Shown here: piece by piece, positions 11,518 to 23,029 of the stretch | Position numbering within the stretch: position 1 is the first letter of the stretch | Layout of the letters: each line of letters begins with the position of its first letter | From: Mobula hypostoma | Lineage: Eukaryota | Direction: 5' to 3' | DNA: 64,000 bases | Assembly (NCBI RefSeq): GCF_963921235.1 | Contig: NC_086097.1 | Coordinates: 61,382,001 to 61,446,000 of the forward strand | The notes under the pieces: generated by a model | Seen by the model: only the letters and a program-made list of their open reading frames with translations | Told to the model about the DNA's origin: nothing | Databases searched by the model: none | Position numbers and translations under genes: made by a program

Positions 11518-14500
11518 AACAATGTGCCGCGGGACCATCAAAATGAAAAGACCCTATCGCAGAAGGATTGGTGGGACCCTGATCCAGAATGTCGAAACGG
11601 ATGAAGGGGATAGATGCAAAAACCATACTCGAGACTGGGTTCCAGGTCACATTACTGTACCGGTCGTTCTACGATCAGTATCTGATGCATTTACCCCTGA
11701 CACCTTTCAGTGTACTGGAAATTTGTGGCATCAGTGATGGTGATTACCTGTACGATGGCTAATTGTCTGTGAAATTGGAGTTCCTGGAAGCTGAGGTGGA
11801 GATGTCTGAGGCTTATGAGGCCCTGGTACTGGTTTGCACAGACCCCAGTGAGACGGGGGTGTGTCAATTCTGGTGGAGACCAACATTCCTATTGTGCGGA
11901 CATTCCTGGGAGCCTGTAAGGATAAGACGGGTGAAGACTTATTGGAAACCCTGTCAGTGCACCCAGTGTTCCGAGCTGCTTTTGAGGTAGCGTGGGGTCG
12001 CCCTGGGCTGGACGTGACATGTGAACGAGGCACTATGTGGTGTGCCCAGTCGAAGCCCAGGGTGGTGCGGCCGGGTGAAGTAGTGAGAGTGATGGGAATC
12101 CCTAGATCCCCAGGAGTGCTTGAGGGTGAAGCCCCTTTAGTGGACACCCCAGAAAACCTCGAGGGGGAGTTAAGATTCCCTGCTGGGGTGCTGGTGACAC
12201 CGAGTTGCAGAAACCCTTGGTGGTACAGGCACGCAGGCTAGTGGTGATCGTCAGGTACACTACTGTACAGGAGGTCACCTTCAAGCGTGGGATGCCTCTG
12301 GCGCATTTGTTCCGGGCGACAGTGATGCATAGCGCCCCCATGAGGCTAGTTGGGGGAGAGCTGCCAGGAAAAAGGTCCAAGTTGACTACTGAAGCTTTTA
12401 AATTTGGGGCATCACCCGTGCCGGAGAGTTGAAAATGGAGGCTGGTGGAGGAGATGTTGATGATGGCAGGTGATTTTTCCCTTGATGAGTTTGATGTGGG
12501 TTGTTCCAGGAGTACTCGCCACATCATACGGGTGACTGAGGATACTCCGTTTAGGGAACGATCATGGCGCCTGGCCCCTGCAGATGTGGAGGACGTGCGG
12601 CAGCAGTTGTGTAAGTTGAAGGAGGCTGGGATCATCACAGAGTCCCGAAGCCCTTATGCTTCTCCTATCGTAGTGGCTCAGAAGAAGAATGGGCAGGTTT
12701 GTATGTGTGTGGACCATAGAATACTGAACAGGCGCACGGTCCCTGATTAGTACATGGTCCCCCGGGTCGAAGACGCGCTGACCTCTCTGAGTGGGGTGAA
12801 GTGGTTTTACGTGTTGGATTTGAGGAGTGGGTATTACCAGATCCCGATAAGTGAGGCCGACAAGGAGAAGATGGCCTTCATATGCCCTCTGGGAATTTAC
12901 CAGTTCAAAAGTATGCCCCAGGGCATATTGGGGGCCCCTGCTACTTTCCAGAGGGTCATGGAGAAAACAGTGGGGGATATGAACCTGCTCGAAGTGCTAG
13001 TAAATTTGGATGACCTCATAGTTTTTGGATCCACCTTGGAAGAACACGAAGTGAGACTAATGAAGGTGCTCAACTGGCTGAAGCAGGAAGGGTTAAAACT
13101 TTCCCTGAACAAGTGCCAGTTCTGCCAGATGTCTGTTGGCTATGTTAGACACATCGTCTCGCAAATTAGAGTATCTACCGACCTGGCTAAGATCGAAGCA
13201 GTGACCACCTGACCGAGGCCCCAGACTGTGAGTGCTCTGTGCTCATTCCTGGAGTTCTGTGGATACTATTGGAGGTTCGTGAAGGGCTATGCCAAGGTGA
13301 GTCATTGCTTGAATCAGCTTCTGCATGGCTACTCTCCCCTGGGACAGAGGGGGAAAGGGAGGAAAGGACGGGAGGTTGGAGAATATTTGAACCCCTCAGA
13401 GTCCTTCGGACAGAGATAGGATGACTAATGTGAAGCGACTTTCCAGTCACTGAAGGAGATGCTGACTCAGGCGCTGGTACTGACTTTTACGAACCCCCGA
13501 TTGCCCAATGTGCTACACACTGATGCCAACCATGAGGGGTTAGGGGTCATTTTATACCAGGATCAGGGCGCTGGCCTGAGGCCTGTGGTATTTGTCAGCT
13601 GGAGTTTGTCACCCACGGAGAGAAACTATCCCACTCACAAGTTGGAGTTCCTGGCATTGAAATGGCAGTGGTGGATAAGCTGAGTGACTATCTCTATGGG
13701 GCCAAGTTTGAGGTGAGGTGAGGACGGACAACAACCCGCTCACCTACATCCTCACCTCGGCGAAACTGGATGCCACAGGCTATCGGTTGCTGGCAGCCTT
13801 GTCTGTATATGATTTCAGCCTGAAGTACCAGCCGGGGTGCTGGAATGTCAATGCGGATGCCCTGTCCCGATGGGGGCATGAGGAGCTGGAGGAGGACGAG
13901 GAGTGGGAGAGTGTTTCTGCATCTGAGGTGAAGGCATTGTGTCAGTTTGCTATCACCGTGCAGGCCGAGGGGAAGGAGAGGCCAGATCGAGCCGTGGACT
14001 TACTGGGGGCATCCGATGATGCCCTGCCCCTGGTTTACTGTGACATGACTGCTCTGAAGACCACACAACTGCTGGGGTTAATCCCTGGGGAAGTGGCCGC
14101 TGCTCAGCGAGATGACCCGGACATTGGCCCTGTCTGGCATGCCATGGAAGAGGGGGATGTGACATGGGCCGAGAAGGCCAAGCATGGTCCAGTGTGCCTG
14201 TTACTGAGAGAATGGCGTTGGTTGAGGATGAAGAACCAAATGTTATACAGGGTAACATCACCCCCAGACCGACCTCGGTGCTGGCAGCTGGTCCTGCCAG
14301 AGAAGTATCGGAAGGTTGTGTTGAAGTCCTTCCATGATGACTCTGGACATTTGGAGGTGGAAAAGACCTATGGATTGCTTAAGGATCGGTTTTACTGGCC
14401 CCGAATGAGGACGGAGGTTGAAGAGTACTGCAAGTCCTGCATTCGTTGCATGCGGCAGAAGACGCTGCCTGGGCAGGCTGCCCCTTTGTCCTACTTGCAG

Positions 14501-15903
14501 AGTCCAGGGCCTTTGGACCTGGTGTGTATGAATTTCCTGTCCATAGAACCCGATGCCAGCAACATGGCGAATGTCTTGGTCATCACGGACCACTACACCA
14601 GGTATGCTCAAGCTTTTCCTACCAAGGATCAGAGAGCGACTACAGTGGCAGAAGTGCTAAGGGAGAAGTATTTTGTGCATTATGGCCTTCCCCGGTGGAT
14701 ACACAGTGATCAGGGATGAGACTCTGAGAGCAAGCTCATCTATGAGTTACTGGGCATGCTGGGGATTAAGAAATCAAGGACCACACCCTATCATCCGCAG
14801 GGCAATTCCCAGCTGGAAAGGTTCAATCAGACGCTGCTAGACATACTCGGGACTCTGGAGATCAGCAAAAAGAGTCGTTGGAGTCAACATATTGGGCATC
14901 TGTTTCACTGTTAAAACTGTACACGCAATGAAGCTACTGGTTACTCGCCCTATTATTTTATGTTTGGGCGCGAGGCAAGGTTGCCCATTGACCTTTGTTT
15001 CGGGACTGATGCGGGTGAGGTGTCGCCGAAGCCTTACTTGAAGTATGTGTCTGATATCAGCAAAGAACTGAAAAGAACTTACGAGTTGGTCGGGGAGGCA
15101 GCCGTCCAGCAGAATCAGGGAAATAGGAGGAGGTATGACCAGAAAATAAAGTTCTCTCAACTCTTACAGGGAGACCGAGTCCTCATCAGGAATCTGGGAT
15201 TACCGGGAAAACACAAGCTGGCTGATCGCTGGGCAGCCACGCCCTATGTGGTGGAGAGTCCGATGCCAAACCTGCTGGTTTTCTGGGTGCGGCCCGAGGA
15301 TGGAAAAGGGTCTGTCAAGATTCTCCATCGGAATTACCTGTTGCCCCTGAGGCAAGATGTACGGGTAGAGCGGGAGCCTGATGAGTCGGCTGCACCCAAT
15401 ACCAGGACTCTGCGTCCCCGCAGGGTGGAGGACGTGCCTACCCTGGGAGAGACAGGCCCGAGCCCAGCCCCTGTGAGGGATACTGAATCGGAGGATGATG
15501 ACTAGGATGGTTGGTACGTTCTGCTGTTCGCTGATGCTCCCAGGATGGAGGAACAGACTCCTGGCCTTTCCCCCACTGGGTTAGACAGGGCTAGTGAGTG
15601 GCAGTCTCCAAGGATCAGAGGGCAACTACAGTACCGCAGGGCGCTGAAGGAGAGAATGTAGGGCCTGAACCAGAGATAGAGGGTTCTGAGGTGCAGAGGA
15701 GCTTGGGTGACTGCTCGGGGGAGGGTTCGCCTCATAGTTTCAAAGGGCCCCCTGTTGTGTCCGAAGCAGAAGAGTTAGACAATGGGGTACGTAGGTCTCA
15801 GAGAAGTCGGAAACCCCCAGAGAAGTTGGCCTATGTAACACCTGGGCAACAAGGTGTGATCTCTACTGTTTTGGAGAGTCAGATCACTGCTTTCTGCACG
15901 TGA
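11457..15903 (+). pseudogene. Pol polyprotein remnant (protease, RT, RNase H, integrase)
   Basis: [41 protein letters not shown] and NLDD; RH LHTDAN and ERNYPTHKLEFLAL; IN HDDSGHL..CKSCIRC, ITDHYTRY, IHSDQG, TTPYHPQGN and WAATPY. Confidence 0.92.
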
Positions 15904-15984
15904 ATTGGGCTGTGTGTTCTGCAGGAAGGGATGGCGAATTATCTGAATGTCATGAGGGCATGACTTATTTTGTTGTGGGGAGAA

Positions 15985-16619
15985 TGTAGGGTTCTCAGTA
16001 ATATTAGCTGGACTGTTAACTGTTAATTGCCTATTACAAAATGGCTTCTCTGAAGTGTTTATACTAAAATGACTTCTCGTACTGTTAACTGCTGAGCAAG
16101 GGGTTCTCTGTAACAGCATGTTTGGGTTATACTTAGTGATAATGGAAATTGTATTCATTTACTAGCCAATGGAAGTCATGTTATGTTATCTTGTATGTGT
16201 GGGGTGCTGTGTTGGAGAGCGCAGGCTTTTTCGCGAGGCAAGCAGAGAGGACGGACATGCGGGGAACAGACAGCAGTTCCAGGGTGGCAGATACCAGATC
16301 TTGCGGGTTCGGATGGTGGCCGGAGTCTCGGAAGGACGTTGTGGATGGAATCGGAGGTGTGAGCTCTAACATATTAAATATTATATGCACAAGACTGATA
16401 AGTTACTTATGTGGCACCTTTTCTTTTAGTTGTTGCTACTAACCCATCACCAAAACTTGCTATAAAGTATAATTCTTTACTTGCACTTGGTATATTGTTT
16501 CATATTTGTGTCGTGGCAGATCACTGGGCGCTTCACATCATATCCGCACCCAAGCATTTGCACTGTTTGGCGGGGTCGACGGCTATTTACCCTAGGCAGT
16601 TGGGGCAGAGGTCATTACA
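15985..16619 (+). repeat. 3' LTR
   Basis: Preceded by GTGGGGAGAA (PPT-like); TGTAG...TTACA; followed by the GGAG TSD. Confidence 0.95.
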
Positions 16620-16649
16620 GGAGAAAGTCTGTTGGAATGAACACACGAA

Positions 16650-17925
16650 GATCAGTATCAGAATTAGAATTAGGTTTATTGTTCCTGATAAAAGTTGTGA
16701 AATTTGAAGAAGCTGTTCCTAAAATATTGAGTATGTTTTCAGGCTCCTAGACTTGATGATAATAATGAGAAGAAGGCGTGTCTTGGATGGTGAAGATCCT
16801 TTATGATGGATGCCATCTTCCTGAGGCATGCCCTTTTGAAGATGTCCTCAATGGTAGGAAGGGTTGTTCCATGAAGAATCTGGCTGAGTCTACAGTCCTT
16901 TGCAGCCTCTTTCAATCTGTGCACTGGAGCCTCCAGAAGTGGCAGTGATGCAACCAATCAGAATGCCCTCCACCAATATATCAGTAGAAACTTGCTAGAA
17001 TTGTTGGTGACATATCTAATCTCCTCAGACTCCTCATGAAGTATAGGCACTGGTGTGCCTTTTTCATGATTGCATCAATATGTTGATCCTCCTGAGGTAT
17101 TGATGTTCAGGAATTTGAAGCTGCTTACCCTTTCCACTGTTAACCCCTCAATGAGGATTGGTGTATTCTCCTGACTTCCCTTTTCTGATGTTCACAATCA
17201 ACTCCTTAACCCTACTGGCAGTGAATGCAAAGTTATCGTAGTGACATGACTCAAGCAGAGATGCCTGCTCATTGCCATCTGAGATTCTGGCAATAGCAGT
17301 GGTGTCTTCAACAAATTTATAGACATCATTTGAGCAGTGCTTAGCCCCACAGTCACGAGTGTGGAGAGAATAGAGCAGTGGGCTCTACACACGTCCTTGA
17401 TGTGCACCTGTGCTGATCTTCAACAAGGAGAAGATCTCACTGACTGAGGCATCTTGATGAGAATGTCAAGGATCTAGTCGTGGAGGGAGGTACAGAAGCC
17501 AAGGTTTTGATGCTTATTGATTAACAATGAGGGATAATAGTGCTGAATACCAAGCTGTAGTTAATAAACTGTAGCCTGACATATGTATGGCTGTTGTCCA
17601 GCTGAGTGAAGAGCCAGTGAGATGGCATCTGTTATAGACCTTTTGTGGTCCTAGTCAAATTGCAGTGGGTATAGGTACTTGCTTAGGCAGGAGCTAATTC
17701 TAGCAATAATCAACCCCTCAAAGCACATCATCACAGAATATGTTGAGTGCTACCTGTCAATAGTCAGCTTACTCTGTTCTTCTTGTGCCCCTATGAGGTT
17801 GATATCCTTTTGAAACAACTTCTGAATGAACGAGTGAGAGGTTGAAGATGTTCTTGAGCAATCCAGATGGTTGGTCATTACAGGGTTTCAGTACCCTGCC
17901 AGGCACACTCTCGGTGCCTGTCACC
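16650..17925 (-). mobile_element. Degraded Rex1/Babar-type LINE, 3' part
   Basis: Tail (ATCAGAATTAGAATTAGGTTTATT on +); minus-strand LPTIEDIFKRACLRKMASIIKDLHHP and RT-region remnants (GRVLKPCNDQ..IFNLSL). Confidence 0.7.
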
Positions 17926-18599
17926 TGTAAAATACAAAAATGTATCACCAAGATCTAAAATATAATATGAATAGAATAAAACATTTTTCAATTGAGGACA
18001 GAGGATGTGAAGGTACTTTAGATGAAAAAGGTTTTATGTGCCATAGAAAAGCAGAGGCAAGTGAGCGAGAAGATTTTGCCTTGAAATTCATCACTGTTCA
18101 GCATTGTGAAGTCTGTGATGTATTAATGACTCACCCTCTGACTGTTCTTCTGATGTTCAGTTCAATTGAAGTCAATGGAGCTGTTTTTACTTAGGAACAT
18201 AGTAGAATACACAAGCATTACAAAATAACACATTTAGCCAATCAGGGATTAATATCTATCAATTAACTTCTTGGGCTGAAATTCTAATTAATTATCTGAT
18301 TTCCTTTATATCAAAAAAATGTTTCACAATCCCTTGAAGATTAGCAAGAATTACAGAGAGGTAAATAGTATTTGACCATACTTGTTGGTCAGGGCTGGAT
18401 GTAACAAAATGTAATGCTGGAAGTTTACTGGTGACCGTTGGCAGTGTTCTGTAGGCTGTGGACAATAGTTCCGAATATACTTTTAGATATACCTCTTTTG
18501 AATTACTCTCATTGCAATTTGCCACATGTAACTTCCCTCTAAGCAATGTACTTTTAAATTAACTTAATGATCTACCAATTTCATGATCGCCTGAAGGGC

Positions 18600-21500
18600 T
18601 TGGCAGACCAAACAGGTACTGCACCTTAAAGCAAACAAAAGGTTCGTTGCCATGGGCCAGAAGGGAAGTGGGGGGGGGTGGTGGGTGGGATCCAAGTCAT
18701 GCTGAAACACAGAGGGATGAGGTCCCCTCTACCCAGCATCCTGTTGGCAAAGGTGCAGTCACTGGAGAACAAAATTGAGCACTTGAGGGAAAGATCATTG
18801 TATCATTCTATACCCAGACCACATTTCAGTAAACTGGATCACTTGAAAGCCCTTCTAACTGGATACATGCAGAGGATAAATAGCAGTGTTCAAGAGATTA
18901 GGACAACAAAGAAGTGGTCATGGGAGGCAGAGGAACAGATAGGGATTGCTTTGAGTCACTGAACTGGGCGGTGTTCAAGGTCTTATCTGTGGATCTGAAT
19001 GAATATGCCATGGTTATGATCGACTTTATTAAATCAGCTGTAGATGGTTGTGTCTCCACAAAATCATTCAGAGTCTTCCACAATCAGAAGCCCTGGATGA
19101 ATCATGAGATCTGAAATCTGCTGACAGCCAGAACAGCGGCATTCAAGTCTAGTGAACAAGAAAGTTACAAGAGGTCCAGGTACAATCTCCAGAAAGCTAT
19201 CTCATAGACAATGACAATTTTGGAATAAACATGAATCAACAAAGGATTCTTGACAATTGTGCAGAGCTTAAATACTACCACCTTCTATAAAGTTAAATCA
19301 AGTGACATAGGAGACTGTGAGTCTTCACATCCAGATGAGCTCAATACCTTCTATGCTGGCCTTGACAGTCAAAATATGGAGGAACTATCATGAACTCCCA
19401 TATCCCCTGATGATCCAATCATTTCAGTCTCTGAAGCCAACATTCAAGCAGCCTTCAGGAGGATTAACCCAGGAAAAGCATTCTGTCCAGTTGGGGTACC
19501 TGGCCAAGAACTAATCTCCTGTGCTGATCAACTGGCTGGAGTGTTCACTGAGATCTTTAACCTCTCACATTGGCAATGTGTTGTACCCCACTGCTTCAAG
19601 GAGACTTCAATTTTACCGATACCCAAGAAGATCATGTGACATGTCTTAAAGGCTATTGCCCACTTGTACTTACAACAGTAATGAAGTGATTTGAGAGGCT
19701 GGTGATGAAACATATTAATCTGCCTGAGAAGCGACTTAAATCCGCTCAAATTTGCCTACCAGAGCTACAGGTTCACAGCAGGTGTCATTACGTTGGCCCT
19801 TCACTCAATCCTGGAACATCTGGACAGCAAGGATGCATACGTTAGGATGCTCTTTATTGACTACTTCTCGGCATTCAAAACCATTATCCTCTCAAAACTA
19901 ATCAATAAGCTCCAAGACCTTGATGTCAATACCTCCTTGTGCAATTGGATCCTCGATTTCTTCACTAGCAGACCCAGTCAGTTGAGATTGGCAACAATAT
20001 TTTCTCCATGATCTCCATCAGCACAGGTAGACAAAAAGGCTGTGCGCTTAGCTCACTGCTCTACTCACTTTACATTTATGATTGTGTGGCTAAGCACAGA
20101 TCCAATGCCATATTCAAATTTGCTGTTGACACTTCTGCTGTGGGCCAAATCGAAGGTGGTGATAAATCAACATATAGGAGGGAGATTGAAAATCTGGCTG
20201 AATGGTGTCATGAAGCTGGGCGGCAGTGTTAGCTGTGAGGAGGATGCTAAGAGGATGCAGGGTGACTTGGATAGGTTAGGTGAGTGGGCAAATTCATGGC
20301 AGATGCAATTTAATGTGGATAAATGTGAAGTTATCCACTTTGGTGGCAAAAACAGGAAAACAGATTATTATCTGAATGGTAGCCGATTAGGAAAAGGGAA
20401 GGTGCAACGAGACCTGGGTGTCATTATACACCAGTCATTGAAAGTGGGCATGCAGGTACAACAGGCGGTGAAAAAGGCGAATGCTATGCTGGCATTTATA
20501 GCAAGAGGATTCGAGTACAGGAGCAGGGAGGTACTACTGCAGTTGTACAAGGCCTTGGTGAGACCACACCTGGAGTATTGTGTGCAGTTTTGGTCCCCTA
20601 ATCTGAGGAAAGACATCCTTGCCATAGAGGGAGTATAAAGAAGGTTCACCAGATTGATTCCTGGGATGGCAGGACTTTCATATGATGAAAGCCTGGATGA
20701 ACTAGACTTATACTCGTTGGAATTTAGAAGATTGAGGGGGATCTGATTGAAACGTATAAAATCCTAAAGGGATTGGATAGGCTAGATGCAGGAAGATTGT
20801 TCCCAATGTTGGGGAAGTCCAGAACGAGGGATCACAGTTTAAGGATAAAGGGGAAACCTTTTAGGACCAAGATTAGGAAAAACTTCTTCACACAGAGAGT
20901 GGTGAATCTGTGGAATTCTCTGCCAGAGGAAACAGTTGAGGCCAGTTCATTGGCTATATTTAAGAGGTAGTTAGATATGGCCCTTGTGGCTAAAGGGATC
21001 AGGGGGTATGGAGAGAAGGCAGGTACAGGGTTCTGAGTTGAATGATCAGCCATGATCATACTGAATGGGCGTGCAGGCTCAAAGGGCCGAATGGCCTACT
21101 CCTGCACCTATTTTCTATGTTTTTATAGAAACATAGAAACAATCTCTTATTCAATATTAGCTAGACCAAGGAACTGATTATTGACTTCAGGAGAAGGACA
21201 TTAAAGATCCATGAGCCAGTAATCATTAGAGGATCGGAGGTGGAGAGGATCTGCAACTTTAAATTCCTTGGTTTCATTATTTTGGAGGACCTGTCCTGGG
21301 CCTAGCATGCAAGTGTAATTATGAAGAAAGCACAGTTTGTGAAGATTCAGCATGACATCTAAAACTTTGACAAACTTCTATAGTTGTGTAGTGGAGAGTA
21401 CGTTGACTGGTTTCGTCACAGACTGGTATGGAAACACCAATGCCCTTGAACAAAAATTCCTGCAAAAATTAATAGATACAGTTCAGTCCATCACTGGCAA

Positions 21501-22017
21501 ACCCTCCCAACCATTGAGCATATCTCCATGAAACAATGTTGTAAGAAAGCAGCATTCATCATCAGGAACCCCCACCACCCAGAGATATTCTCTCCTCATT
21601 GCCGCCATCAGGAAGAAGGGACAGGGTTTCAGAACTCAGACCTCCAGGCTCAGGAACAGTTACTAACCCCAACCATAAGGCTCTTGAACCAAAGGAGATA
21701 ATTTCACTTAATGTCTCTTGCCCCAACATAGAAATGTTCCCACAACTAATTGACTCACTTTCAAGGACACTTCACCTCATGTTGTTGATATCTATTGCTT
21801 ATTGACTAATTATCATCATTTTATTCTTTTCTTTATTTGTGCAGTTTGTTGTCTTCTGCACATTGGTTGAACACCCTAGTTGAGTAGTCTTTCATTGATT
21901 CTGTTATGGTTATTATTCTAGAGATCTACTGAGTATGCTCACATGGAAATGGATCTCTGAATTGAAATGGTGATACCTATGTACTTTGATAATAAAATTA
22001 ACCTTGAACTTTGAACA
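18600..22017 (+). mobile_element. Degraded Rex1/Babar-type LINE interrupted by a CR1 insertion
   Basis: PLPSILLAKVQSLENK, FHNQKPWMN, ALHSILEHLDSKDAYVRMLFIDYFSAFKTI and KFAVD; resumes after ~21140 (TKELIIDFRR); ends AACCTTGAACTTTGAAC. Confidence 0.8.
20213..21127 (+). mobile_element. CR1 LINE 3' fragment nested in the Rex1/Babar LINE
   Basis: MQGDLDRLGEWANSWQMQFNVDKCEVIHFG and LVRPHLEYCVQFWSP; 3' UTR GGCCTACTCCTGCACCTATTTTCTATG. Confidence 0.92.
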
Positions 22018-22614
22018 AAAGTTCAGGACATTAAAGTAATCAAGAAAGCACGTTAGGAACTAAAAATTGGCGAACTATAATTAGAATGTGCAACTACCTA
22101 GCAAGAATCAAAAGCAGTCTGTAACCTGATTAGTTAAGTCTCAACATCTAGATAAGTAGGATCAGATCAGGTTGTTAACAAAGAGAAAGGCATCAGGCAG
22201 CCTCGATTGTCTGAACAGCTTGTTTTCACAAGATCCTTTATGGAGCCTATATGCTCACAGATTTGCTAGTAATGTGATGACAGTTAAGAATTTATGTCAC
22301 AAGTTTTAACAAATCATTGTCAGAGCCCCTACACCATAGCCCTGAAAATACTTTCACATTCTCTAAAAATTCTTCCGACTCTCAGAAATAAAACATTCCA
22401 ATCATGCTGGGACATACAGTATTGTTCACAATTCCTGTCACTTCGAGAAACAATAATACTCCCGTACGGTAGTCCAAGTTCCAAGAATTTATGATTGCTA
22501 CCTATACTGTGTAAATTATCACAATTGATTGCAATTCCTGGATTATGATACTGCACTTTCACCTGCTCAAAATATATATTGCCCTGCACTGATATCCCTC
22601 TCATCACTTGATCT

Positions 22615-22990
22615 CAAAATCAGTATTAGGTTAATTATCACTGGCATATGGTGTGAAATTTTGTTATTTTGCAGCAGCAGTACAGTTTAATTCATGCAGA
22701 ACTACTATTACAATAAAAAACAAAGCATAGTAAGGTCATGTTCGTGGACCGTTCATAAATCTGACGGCAGAGGGGAAGAAGCTGTTCTTAAAACTTTGAA
22801 TGTGGAACTCTAGGCTCTCGTGCTTCTTTCCTAATGGTGGTAAAGAGTAGAGGGTATATCCTGGGGGTGGGGGGGGGGGTGCAGGGAGGGGTATAAGAGT
22901 CCATAATAACGATGTCACCTTCTTAAGGCACTATCCTTTGAAGATATCTTTGATAGTGAGGAGGATTGTGCCCACGATGGAGTAGAGTGG
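22615..22990 (-). mobile_element. Rex1/Babar-type LINE 3' end fragment
   Basis: Minus-strand SFKNSFFPSAVRFMN and the family tail sequence. Confidence 0.6.
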
Positions 22991-23029
22991 AGGTTCACAA
23001 GAATGAATCCAGGAATGAACGTACATAGA

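Larger units (their letters stand above)
9405..16619 (+). mobile_element. Full-length Ty3/Gypsy LTR retrotransposon (PNMA/Ma-like gag; pol order PR-RT-RH-IN), inactivated by stops and frameshifts
   Basis: Paired LTRs TGTAG...TTACA at 9405-10050 and 15985-16619; 4-bp TSD GGAG at 9401-9404 and 16620-16623; PBS; purine tract before the 3' LTR; gag and pol motifs in canonical Gypsy order. Confidence 0.96.
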
